A DNA stretch of 64,000 nt from Lama glama (taxonomy: Eukaryota). The DNA lies in contig CM052817.1 of NCBI GenBank assembly GCA_028534125.1, positions 62,746,001 through 62,810,000 on the forward strand, in the 5' to 3' direction. The position numbers and the translations under genes were made by a program. A model generated the notes under the pieces. The model worked only from the letters and a program-made list of their open reading frames with translations, was not told where the DNA came from and did no database searches. Below are positions 11,959 to 23,659 of the stretch, one piece after another (the stretch's first letter is position 1; every line of letters begins with the position of its first letter).

Positions 11959-13359
11959 TCCCAATGCCTAGTCCTCACCACTTGATTTCTCAGCTTGCAA
12001 AAGGTATTTGAAAGCAACAGTTTTTTTCTTTAGGATCTGTGACTGGAGATGGGGTATAACTAAGAACCGTCCTTATCCACGTGCATTAATACCTTTGGCT
12101 TCAGGATCCAGGGGTATATTTTTAAAGGTCTGACGGGAGGAACAGAGGTCCAGTGTGCATTGATTCTTCACGGCCACATTTCTGCAGCTGTCCCTCTGAC
12201 TACTGTCCTGAGTCTATGGGCAGCAGACGCCCTGGGTGATATGGCTCAAGCACACGCACAGCCTGTCGACAGCCGCTAGAAATAAATGCAGAGAAGGCTG
12301 CAGTGAGATGCTAAAGGGCCCAGGAACTGCATCGGAGCTGAGGACCATTATTTTGCCCTAGGGTTTCACAAGCTATCATTATAGAGTAAGTGTGGCCCAT
12401 AAAGGCATATTGATTACCACATTGCTTTCTGTGAGCCCTAATTATCTCCGATAAAAGTGCAGTCTGGCAATCAAATTCCCCAGGAAGATTGGGTGGTATT
12501 TTTGAATCTGAAACTTCAAGGCTACTTAACTGAAGTATTATTTTCTTACTTTCTATTTGTTCAGCTGTAGCTACCTATATGTCTCATAAATTGAACAAGA
12601 CCAATCTTAATAAGTCCCTAGCTTTTTATTTTCCTGACCCTTTTCCCATTTCTGTGGCCTTCCATGATGTATTCTTCTCTTACAGAAGTCCATGTTGTGC
12701 AGAATTACCTACAGCATTTCCTGCAACCTCTCCCCAACCGCTCCAATATGGAATGATAAAACTGCAGTTTAAAATGTAAATAAAGTAGAATTATGATCTT
12801 TCCATTATTATAGAAATGAAATCACGTTAATTTGAGCATTTCTGAAGTCTGGGCACACTTAACAATAATCTAGGTATGAGACAAGTAGTATCAGTCTAGG
12901 GAAAAAAAAAGAATCTTTTGTCTGTTTCAAATACAATTTCAAGATTATTAAACTACAGCAATATCCAAACCTTTGAATGGGATGAAGAGTAGAAATTATT
13001 TTGCACTTAAAATCATTTGAAAATTATTTCAAATTTATTACACTCTGTATGGAAATACATTTTCAAAGAAAGAAGATGTATTTCAGAACTTGATCTTGAC
13101 AGCCAAATCTACAAATCAAGTCCTAAACAAAACAGTCTTCTTCAGCTAATTTCAGTGGATCACTAACCTCTTTTTAAACCACTCTTCCCCTAGGCAGCAC
13201 CTGCCAGACAACCTGAGCTTACACTTGGCATTCTATCTCTACCATCCTCTTTGTATTGATTATTCCTGGGATATTCTTCCTCTCAATTCTGTCTTATTAT
13301 TTGTATAGTTGTTGGTCATTTTGAAATTTTGTATATAGAAACACCAAAAAAAACCTATA

Positions 13360-14050
13360 AATCAGTGGATTTTTTTGGGGGGGTGCTCCATATCATGGTA
13401 GCTTTGGGAATGCAAGTATTAACTATTCATGGTCCTTGCCCTTGATAAACTCACAATCTGATGGAAAAGTTACCAAAAAAAATGTGATTTCAGTACATTG
13501 CACAGTATGAATTAACAGAGACACTCATGAGATTCTATGAAAGCTCAGAAGAGAGGCCTCTAACTCAGCCTGAAGGACGAAAAAGTGAAAAAAAAAATCA
13601 AAACACTTTTCTAGGTTCTGCTTTGAATAACAATTCAGAATTAGGCACGTGGAAGACAACATTATATTTGTTCTGGGCAGAGGGACTGGCATAAGCAATG
13701 GTAGGAGAGACATGAAACACTATGCAGCTAACAAGTAACTAGGAGTAGCTAGAACAATTCTTAAGGTGTGGTCCCTGGACCTGCACAATCAGCTTCCTGA
13801 GCAACTGTTAAAAACAAATTCTTAGGCCACATCTCACTTCTGCCGAGTGGGTGCTAGCAATCTGTGTTTCATCAAGCCCTCGGGGAATTTTGACATGCAC
13901 TAAAGTTTAAGAACCACTGAGATAGATACCAGGCATTATTTGAAACGTGGCTTAATCCTGTTTGTTGCAAGATGCCACTGAACAATTTTACCAATGGGTG
14001 TCACATAATGACATTTGAGGTTTCAAAGAGACAAATATGTTAGTAGAGCA
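13360..14050 (-). mobile_element. L2 fragment interrupted by MER5A
   Basis: 'atggtccttgcccttgataaactcacaatctgatgg', 'ttctgggcagagggactggcataagcaa'. L2-like sequence resumes after 13920. Confidence 0.7.
13752..13919 (+). mobile_element. MER5A-like hAT-Charlie non-autonomous DNA transposon
   Basis: 'ttcttaaggtgtggtccctggacc...gcaatctgtgtttcatcaagccctc...cactaaagtttaagaaccactg' matches MER5A termini and body. Confidence 0.85.
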
Positions 14051-15259
14051 AAAATGATGTTATCATCTTCAGATTATTTTTAGTCTTATTTTATTTTAAA
14101 GGTCCATTCCTCTGAATATGGCTCAAATGAATATCCATGAGCCCCATGGCAGGAAGCTATTGCTTAAATGCAGTAAAATAATTGCTAGTCCTGCTTTTCT
14201 TTTTATGAGAAAAATTCAAAGAGCAAATGAGTAAACTGAAACTTTCTCCAAAATGTTTATATACTAACAATATAATTTAAAAAATTTATCTGCCATTCAA
14301 AAAGCATGCAGACTTTATTTTAACTAGTAGGGTAGAACTTGAGGCAGTGTTTTATACAGTTAATTCAATGTATTCTCCCCAAGATTATTTTGGAGGATAA
14401 AATTCCTGAAATGACTTTCTACATTATATAGTCAATGTTTTGCAGCTGTTTATAATATCCAGATATGGTCAATATTGACTACTGGACTTTACAATAAAAA
14501 CGGTAAGTCATAGCATGAGGCAGCAATGTTAGAAAAAATTTTTCTTTTACATTCAAATTAAAGAACAAGGAATTGCTTATTTTTCTTTACAGATAAAATA
14601 ATGCATATTTAATATGACAGACTTTAGTTATTAAGTCAATTTTTAATTCTTTGTTAGTATTCAGTGAAAAATTCTCTCATAAATTCCTCATGTAGTTTAT
14701 TTTTGAGAATATTCTTCCTGTTTATCCTAAATATAAATGTATCCTTGACTACTATAAATAAGACTGTGTCTCTATTACTCAACATTGCAGTATCAGTAAA
14801 TACTTAGCCAGCTCTTTCTTTCACCTAAATTTTTGCTGGTGTGTTAGAAATTAGGTACACTGGAAAATGCAAATGAGGAAAAACTGGTATCAAGCTAGCT
14901 CTGCCAGTTTTCACATAATTTTATCTGCTTTTCCAAAAGTCATTTTCAGAATCTTGTTCATTACAAGTAATAAAACCAGTCTCATTTTGTTCCCTCCTCT
15001 GAGCCTGGAGTCACAATCGAGGCACCTAGTGTGTCATTTTTAAAGCAGCTTAAACCATTCACAAGTACATCATTTCTAAAGTGACTTCTTTGTGAAATTG
15101 CATTTTCTATTTCAGTTTTCGGTTATTTAATATATACAAAAGCCAAATCATAACACTGATTACATCTTCCCTATAATTAAAGTATCAGTGAGCTTTCATA
15201 GAAATTCGAACTATGTTTCCAGTATTTCTCTGAAGAATGATTATTCATAATTATACTTG

Positions 15260-15738
15260 TGTGAACGAAAAATACTGCAAACCGTATCAGTAAACAAGGA
15301 AAGCTGAAACCATCAAGTCATCAGCGGCTGCCGCCACCCCCCAGTGAAGTCAAGCCTGCAGCCCAGCGCCTGCAGCCACTCACAATGGTGCACTCTGAGG
15401 GGACTCAGAATAAGAAAGGACAGGAATCTGGCCCTAGATAGCTAGGTGCTTGTCAAAGGAATGAATTCAATGGGCCCAAATGTTTGCTTCCTCCCATACA
15501 TAGAAAAGCACTCAATTCTTTAACTTGAGATGCCTGGTTTTCTTTAGTTAACAAATAATCTTTTAATGTTCCGACTACCTGGTCTTTGTTGTAAAGCTCC
15601 TTTGTATCCTAGCTCCTCCCCTACCTCTTTGGAGCAGTCCCTCAGAGCCATCCGAGAGGCTGTCATCCTGGCTCGAGTCCTAATGCCAAATAAAACGTAA
15701 CTCTCAACTTTTAGGCTGCTCATTTATTTCAGCCGACA
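15260..15738 (+). mobile_element. Intact solo ERV1-class LTR (479 bp)
   Basis: TGT...ACA termini, 4-bp TSD CTTG (15256-15259 and 15739-15742), AATAAA at 15689-15694, retained CpGs. Confidence 0.9.
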
Positions 15739-15894
15739 CTTGGAATTATTCAACTTTGTTCATTATAATTCACAAGAAGAGGTTAAATTTTAAAATGGTC
15801 TATGGAATAGAACCAATGGAGAAACTGCAGTGCAATATTGTTTTGTTTTATATTTTAAATGGCATAATGATCATAAAAGTATAAAACATCAGTA

Positions 15895-16060
15895 GAGGGC
15901 TATATAAACATTATTTTATTTAATCCTAACAAATCATACTGAGACTTAAGTATTATGCTATTTATAAGTGAAATCACTGTGGTGCTGATAATTTAGTCAG
16001 GATTTTTCCAAGCCAAGGCTTAAAACTTAGGTTTTTACCTTCGTAGGCCATTACTCAGTT
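15895..16060 (-). mobile_element. MIR fragment
   Basis: 'attattttatttaatcctaacaaa...tattatgctatttataagtgaaatcactg' is a diverged antisense MIR core. Confidence 0.5.
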
Positions 16061-16649
16061 CATCCTGCCATGACTGGGAATAACATAGTTCAAATGTTGT
16101 GCTAGCTTTCTACCACAGAGTTAAATTTAACAAAACTTTCAACCAGATGTTTGCAACGTATCAGCAGCATGATGGTAAAGTTTTTCCACAGCGATGCCAG
16201 CACTGTATTGAGGTGATCGAATGCCATGTATTAGAGGGCTCTGCATTTATAACAGCAATTCTAGACATGGAAGTTATTATTTGGAGAGCCTTCTGGCCCT
16301 ACCCTTGCATCCAATATAGTTGCTGAGACATGGAAATACATTGTGAGGACATACTCCTTAATTCTCAGGATTTATTAACTCCTGCATCTGGGTTTAATAC
16401 AATATGTATGGCAGTCAACATATATATAAAAGAGGTAATCTATAATCTCTCATTCCATCTATATTACACTGTCCCTCCTAACCAATATCACAAGCTCATG
16501 TCCAAGTTATGACAAGTTACACACATATATACACACTCTCTATTTCTCTTACTCTCTCCCGATATATATGAATATACATATATGCATACATGCATATATC
16601 ATTTATTTCCTTAGTCCTAGAGCATGTTTGTTTATTTCGGCTTAAAAAA

Positions 16650-16895
16650 AAGAACAGCAAAAGTTTTGGAGTCAGAGAACTCTGGGATGCATCCCAGACC
16701 CTGCCTCACATACTGGGCGTGTACTTTTTGGTGAGTTAACAGGACTGAGTCTCAGTTTACTCATTTATAGAGTTAAAGCAATGATGTCTATCTACAGTGT
16801 TGTGAACATTGAAAAATAAGTAAGAAACTAATACAGTGCCTGTTGATGACAGGTAGACAATATATGGTCGTCATAATAAAGCAGCTATTGTTATT
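16650..16895 (+). mobile_element. MIR SINE
   Basis: 'ttttggagtcaga..ctgggatgcatcccag', 'ctgagtctcagtttactcatttata', tail 'agctattgttatt'. Confidence 0.75.
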
Positions 16896-17482
16896 CTATC
16901 AAGAGTATTTTAAGCAGATCATATCTTGACATCACTTTCTAGGTTTAATTCCTTTTTCCTATGGAGCAGTCTAAAGTGACTTTGAATTGCCTTTGCCACA
17001 TTCCTTGCATATCACCTGCTCTTCCTCCAGTCATCCCAGTGAAAAGCTATGCAAATGTTCCAGTTCTCTAAGCAAGCTCATTTACAAAGTGGGTTGCAGC
17101 AGGAGGAACAGAGTGATGGGGAGGAGACAGAGCACGGATTTATACTTGTAGTGCCAACACCTTAGGGGCATCCTAAGGAATATTTCTACTGATTTGAGAA
17201 TGTGCAGTTGGCATAGTCATATGAAAAGGCAGTGAGGGAGATTTGTCAGAGAGCAAAAGGCTCAAAATTAGCAGGTCAAGGGTTCCCAGTATGACTTTAA
17301 AAAAAGGTCGAGAAAAAATGAGATGCCCATGCTTACATGCCATGTGTAGACAAGGCCTGAATTCTTACATGGCGCAGCTGCTATAGCATAACAGAAGACA
17401 AAAATAGTGTCAGTTAACAGAGGGTGTATAAGGGATATGTGCATTACAGTAGTTAAAGTTGAAGCAGAGTTCCAAAAGCAGA

Positions 17483-17571
17483 GGGGGTGGGTCAAGCTCA
17501 GTGGCAGAGCACATGCTTAGCAAGCACGAGGTCCTGGGTTCAATCCCTGGTATCTCAATTAAAAAAAAAAA
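17483..17571 (+). mobile_element. tRNA-Ala(AGC)-derived SINE, camelid vic-1 type
   Basis: GGGGGTGGGTCAAGCTCAGTGGCAGAGCACATGCTTAGCAAGCACGAGGTCCTGGGTTCAATCCCTGG plus A-tail; A and B boxes present; perfect 15-bp TSD AGTTCCAAAAGCAGA (17468-17482, 17572-17586). Confidence 0.92.
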
Positions 17572-18544
17572 AGTTCCAAAAGCAGAAGAATCCTTGCCAA
17601 TCACCTACTCATAAATCAGAAACAGGGTCAGTTCCTGCCTAGAACACGAGAAGGGGGGACATAGAAGTAGTAGTTGGCAACATGTTGGCAGTAGTAAATT
17701 TAAAGAGTAACCCTACAAGTGATGGAGCTATGAAGAATTTTTTCTTTGGGAAAGGCTTCGATGCTACAATAATGGGTCTGCAAGAAGCATCCACCACATT
17801 CTCTGGACTATAGTCCTGTTTTATCTCAGGGCAGAGCACTGGTGTAAAATGGATGACTCTAGCTCAGGAGTTTTATGACTAGTCACTTCAACTTCACAGG
17901 AAGGAAAATGAGCAAATCACAGAGGATTCCGTTATGTGTCCCAAAGGATTCTCTTTCTTGGTACCATGGGTATGCAAGGGATCACTCAGAACAGACACAC
18001 CTTATTTTCCTTGGTGTTGAGGAAAAATAGGAGCTGTATAATTTTCACAGAACATAAAGAAAATAGAAATTATCCTTAGAATATAAATTTTTGTAGTAAG
18101 CCTTTCATATATTTCTGTTATACATTTTGAACATTCCTTCTAATATCTCATTCTGTTTTCCTTCAGTAACAAGTAATCATATCTGCTGGCTAACACAGCG
18201 CATGCTATAAAATTATCAAGATGGCATTTTCCACTGGGGCTGCATCTCCATACACTCTTCTATTCTGTGAGTGAAACTGGCACCTGGACAATTTCTTACA
18301 GTGTCAGGATTATAAGCAAATTTATTTACTCATATGCCTTCTACACCTGGGGAACAAACAAAATACTGTTTTTCTATGCCCTCCAACCTGCCAGTGTCCT
18401 TCAGCACATTTGATGTAATTGTGATTCCTTTTTGTGGGCTGTTGTGATGATGTCGTGATTCTCTGCACACTTAAGCCCTGTTTCTGTCCTGCTCCAGTCC
18501 ATTCTGCAAACAGCTATCATACCAATCGGTCAATAAGTCTTCAC

Positions 18545-18750
18545 TATTAATAACACTTCCTCATGCATCATCTCATTTGATTTATAAAGTAAATGTGTGG
18601 TGTAGGCAAGGTGGGGCTCTATATTCCCATTTGGGGGATAAAGCAAATACAGTTTTATAGAGCGTAACTAATTTGCTCAAGATTATACAGCTTGTAAGTG
18701 ATGGAATGAAAACTAGAGCTTAGGTTTTCTGTTTTCATTCCAGCATCTTC
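18545..18750 (-). mobile_element. MIR SINE
   Basis: 'catcatctcatttgat...attcccatttggggga...aatttgctcaagattatacagcttgtaagtgatgga'. Confidence 0.7.
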
Positions 18751-19536
18751 TTTTATAGTTAATTACCATCCACAACTGCACTAATTTTCACACAATATAC
18801 AAAATAAAAGGAAAATATTTTACTTAAATTTAAGGTCCTAGCTAGTTTGGCAGTTACACTAAGTAAGCCATGGAAATTAGATTTGTAAAAATGCAGTGTT
18901 AATTGTTTTTTTCAGTTAACACATGCAGAACAAGCTGGAGAAAAAATTAATTGTAAAATGTTCATTTGTTCAATAACTCTATATTGTTTAGTAACTGTGG
19001 AGTCACTAAAATGAGGTTATACTTCATAAAGTTTTATGAAATAATAAAGAAAATGGACATGAAACAAAAGCAAAGAAGGAAAGAAAGAAAACTAATATTC
19101 ATTGAGTATTTTCTATGACATGTACTTTGACTTAAAGTATCACATTTAATAGGTGGAGTTACATTAAGAAAGGGCTAGTTTGGGGAGAGTGTTAAGGGGA
19201 CATCTCAGGCAGATTAAGTTACACTTGGCCTTGTGTGGGTGGCTATGAATGTGGTACGAGTGATGTTCATTAAAGAGATTGCTTCATTAAGGTTGGGGGA
19301 TTCCTGATAATAATTATTAGCAAACAAGACTGACTAATTAGTGTGGGTTGCACTTATCATAACTTTCTCAAAATTTAGAAAAAAATGTTCTCCACCAGAT
19401 AGGTATATGTTCTTTATGACTGCTCAGTGTCCATTCCTCCCTTCTTCCACTATGAGCATCTTAATTTCAGAGCAGAAGAAAGCCCCTTTCTCACTCTCAA
19501 TCCATGTGACCATATTCCCCATTTTGCTCCACGGAT

Positions 19537-20036
19537 NNNNNNNNNNNNNNNNNNNNNNNNNNNNNNNNNNNNNNNNNNNNNNNNNNNNNNNNNNNNNNNN
19601 NNNNNNNNNNNNNNNNNNNNNNNNNNNNNNNNNNNNNNNNNNNNNNNNNNNNNNNNNNNNNNNNNNNNNNNNNNNNNNNNNNNNNNNNNNNNNNNNNNNN
19701 NNNNNNNNNNNNNNNNNNNNNNNNNNNNNNNNNNNNNNNNNNNNNNNNNNNNNNNNNNNNNNNNNNNNNNNNNNNNNNNNNNNNNNNNNNNNNNNNNNNN
19801 NNNNNNNNNNNNNNNNNNNNNNNNNNNNNNNNNNNNNNNNNNNNNNNNNNNNNNNNNNNNNNNNNNNNNNNNNNNNNNNNNNNNNNNNNNNNNNNNNNNN
19901 NNNNNNNNNNNNNNNNNNNNNNNNNNNNNNNNNNNNNNNNNNNNNNNNNNNNNNNNNNNNNNNNNNNNNNNNNNNNNNNNNNNNNNNNNNNNNNNNNNNN
20001 NNNNNNNNNNNNNNNNNNNNNNNNNNNNNNNNNNNN
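19537..20036. other. Assembly gap, exactly 500 N
   Basis: Directly visible run of N. Confidence 1.
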
Positions 20037-20744
20037 CAGCACACCCAGCATAGGGCCAGGCCTCCTGAAAGCACACCTTCTTAATTAGTTATAGGTGACT
20101 GACTCCAATGAGCTGGAAGGTTTGATCAGACCTCCTGCTTCATATTGTGTGTTTTATATTGGCGACAGAACAGATTATAATCTTTAAGTGAAGTTTCTCA
20201 GGGCCTCTGTGAATACCGCGAGTCTCTTCAATTTGCTCTTGTCAACCAAATTGGACATTAATTAACTTCATTAGCAACAAGAGTTTAAGGGATGTCTGCA
20301 TTTAACGATTATGGGATGATTTTGTTTCATAATATATGTCAAATACTGTGACCAGAGCAACAAAGCACTGAGGGGGATTTCAAAAAAAATAGAAGACAAA
20401 TTCCCTCTCTAAGGTATGTTGGTCCGTGTAGACTGTCTCCAAGGAGCATTTTCAACAGAAGTAGAAAACACAGACCTGAGATTAAGAAGCAAGGCTTTTA
20501 CAACTGCAAAAATAGTGAGGTGAAAATACAACAAAATGTCACAACTTTATATACGTACACACTTGTATGTCTTTGGGTTATGTTATGTTTTATGAATAAG
20601 GCACTTTCTAGTTCACTAGTTGAACAGTTACGATTTATTAAAAAAAAGGGAACATAACATTTGTGAAGATACTAACTCTAGAAAAAGTAATTTCTTTCAC
20701 AAATGTATTCTAACAAGTGTTTAAAAACTTAACTCAAAAATGTC

Positions 20745-21705
20745 CCTATTGATCTGCTTGCTTCTCCTCATCCTGTCTATTCTCTTTAATAGTATCATTG
20801 ATAACACGTTGTCTAAACCAGAAACTTATGGTTATATTTGATTCCTCCTTCACCCTTACATTCTGTATCAACCAGAACCATGTTACCAGTCTAGCCAGCT
20901 CTGTACCCTCAGACTCCTCTGGCAACCACCTCCTCCTCTCCATCTCCATTGTCTTATTTTCAGCCTCTTCGTGTGATACATAGACAACCGCTGTGGCCTT
21001 TCTGCATTGGCTCTCTCGCTGTTGTGGCCATATTCGACTCTACTGTGACCGCGGTCTTTTTAAAAAATCTGATGAATCTCCATTGCTTACAGAAAAAAGT
21101 CTACACTTCAGTCATGGTATATGAAGAACAGTGGAAATTTAACATTAACACTGGCTCAGCACTATGAGAAGGCTCTGAGGGAGATATTTTTGTTCAGGAT
21201 TAGAGAAGCTACTTTGCCAAGGGCACACAGTAAATAAGAGAAGAGTTGATCCGTGTTTAGCTCTGTCCGCCTGACTGCAAAGCAAGGCTCTGGGCCACCT
21301 TTCCTGCCCAGCCGCAATCACCACCCTGCCAGGCCCTCCGCTCCTGGCACGTGGGAGTCTCTCCTCCTCTCTTCCCAGATGGCCTATGCTTCCTGTTACT
21401 CTGTCTCATCTCCGTCCATCTTTCAAAAGTGAAATCAAGTAGATCTTCATTTCCCCAGTTTCCCCAGAAACTCTCCGCCAAGAAAAGGTATCTAATTATG
21501 CATCTGCATTCCCATAACATTTCATATACCCCTACAATGAGCAATTTTCAGATTATATCAGAGTTATTTGGTTATATATTCATCTCAACCATTGGACTGC
21601 AAGTCCTTTGAGACCTGGTACTATAGATAACTCTTTCCTAATATCCATGTTACCTAATATAATTTGTATCTTATGGTAGGACTTCAAGAAATATAAGTTG
21701 AATTA
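20745..21705 (+). mobile_element. L2 3' portion interrupted by a MIR
   Basis: 'aaaccagaaacttatggttatatttgattcctcctt', 'ctccattgcttacagaaaaaagtc'; terminus 'ggactgcaagtcctttgag...gtaggacttcaagaaatataagttgaattaaa'. Confidence 0.75.
21135..21290 (-). mobile_element. MIR fragment nested in L2
   Basis: 'actttgccaagggcacacagt...ctgtccgcctgactgcaaagc'. Confidence 0.6.
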
Positions 21706-22471
21706 AAGTGACATTTCAAAGAATTACAGAGTGACCACATTAAAAATACCCTATGTAAGAAAATTGAGAAAGGCATTCCCTGAGAATTACATGAAGTCAT
21801 TTTGTTTCTTTTTAATTTGCAGAGTCCTTAGTACTTAACAAATACAGATCTAAATATATTTATTGTCTATGTACAGACACACAAATATCCCTACAGTATG
21901 TATATACATGTATATGTTAAAATACATTATGAACATACATAATGTAATTGTACATATAATATGTATCTATTTTCATTCAGTTAATTTATCAAGTAGACCA
22001 CAGTTAATATAAATAATTTCTTTCTGTCTTACATCTTACCTTTAACCTGGGATATTAATTTTTAGAGCCACTCCAAAGAAACTAGCAATACTCCATCGAT
22101 GTTATTCACTTTGTTAAGGGAAAAAATTCCAAAGCTTGGAAATAACTTTAAAACAATCCTATATGCATGGTAAAGTTTGCCTCTAAGAAATATAGCTTTG
22201 ACTTATTTATCATTGATTTGGGCTTACATTCTATAAAGATATATTAATTTATAAATAATCAATATGAAGTAAATCATTTCCATTTATTGAGGATTCAAAT
22301 AAATTTTATCCACCAGAAGAGATCAATCCAAATCTTAGTTTTATTACCCTGGAAGACACTGACTTGTTTTGTATTTGTTCTGTGCAAATTAGTTCCAACA
22401 TTCTTTTCTCCCACAGGTCTTATGCCTTCCATATCCCCTTCTGAATTGGGCTCTTTAGCTTATTAATGAGC

Positions 22472-23052
22472 GAAAAGATGCTCAATAGCAGGGAAATGTA
22501 AATTATAACCACAAGGAGGTATCATCTTAAACCTGTCAGAATAGCTAGTAACAGAAAGATAAGAAATAAGTGCTGGTGAGGATGTGGCAAGAATGTAAAC
22601 TTTGTGCACTCTATAAATTGGTAGCCACTATGAAAACAGTATGGAGGTTCCTCAAAAATTAAAACTAGAACTGTGATATGATATATTAATTCCACTTCTG
22701 TGTGTTTATGCAAAGAAAAGAAAACCACTAATTCAAAAAGATATATGTATTCCATGTTCATTGCAGCATTATTTACAATAGCCAATATATGGAAATAACC
22801 TAAGTGTCTATCCATAGACAAATGGACAAAGAAACTGTGGTACACACACACACACACACACACGCACTAGCACACGCACAATGGAATATTATTCGGCCAT
22901 AAAAAATAATCTTGCCATTTGTGACAAATACTGTAGGATTTAATTTAATTTATACATAGATTCTAAAAAAGCCTCATAAACACAGAGAACAGATTGGTGG
23001 TTGCCAGAAGCAGGGGTGAAATGTGTGAAAGGTTAAAATGTACAAAAAAAAA
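22472..23052 (+). mobile_element. L1MA9-like ORF2 end/3' UTR fragment with internal (AC)n
   Basis: 'cagtatggaggttcctcaaaaattaaaactagaa', 'ccatgttcattgcagcattatttacaatagccaa', 'cagagaacagattggtggttgccaga'. Confidence 0.9.
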
Positions 23053-23056
23053 TGAC

Positions 23057-23659
23057 TGTGGTAAGCAGAATAATGATTCCCTCAAAATATTTACACCATA
23101 ATCCCTGTAACTTCTGAAAGTTAACTTATATGGCAAAAGGAGCATTGCCAATGCTTTTAAAGCTATGAAATTTAAGATGGAGAGATTAACCTGGATTATC
23201 CAGGTGGGCCCAAACATACGAGTCCTTAAAAGCAGAGAACTATTCCTGGCTGTGGTCAGAAAGAGAGATTCAACAACAGAATGTGGCAGAAAAATATTTC
23301 AGGAGGAATGACTCAATGCTCTATTGATGGTTCTGAGATGAAGGGGTCTATGAGCAAATAAAAAAGAGAGGCCTCTTGTTGCTAAGGGTAGCCCTACCTT
23401 ATAGCCAACACAACAAACAAAGTAGTAACCTTAGTCCTGCAACCACAGAAACTTAATTCTGCTAAATATCCAAATGATCAAGAAATAGTCTCCACTAGAG
23501 CATCCAGAATGGAACACAGCTGTGCTGGCTTCAGGATTTTACCCAGTGAGACTCATGCTGAACTTCTGTCCTATAGAACTACATGACAATTAATTTGCAT
23601 TGCTTTAAGCCACTAAATTCATGGTAATCTGTTAAAGCAGCAAGAGAAAATTAGTTTCA
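23057..23659 (+). mobile_element. MaLR LTR (MLT1D/MLT1E-like), full length, about 600 bp
   Basis: Starts 'tgtggtaagcagaataatg'; contains 'ctggattatccaggtgggccc'; ends 'ttaagccactaaattcatggtaatctgttaaagcagcaagagaaaattagtttca'. Confidence 0.9.

Noticed and set aside
16681..16698. 18-bp palindrome TCTGGGATGCATCCCAGA
   Set aside because: Lies on the tRNA-derived stem-loop of a MIR; 9-bp arms are near chance expectation in 64 kb.
17483..17560. Functional tRNA-Ala gene
   Set aside because: Disrupted acceptor stem, A tail and 15-bp TSD show a retroposed SINE.
19341..20084. Five ORFs of 184-247 aa
   Set aside because: They are long only because they run through the 500-N gap.
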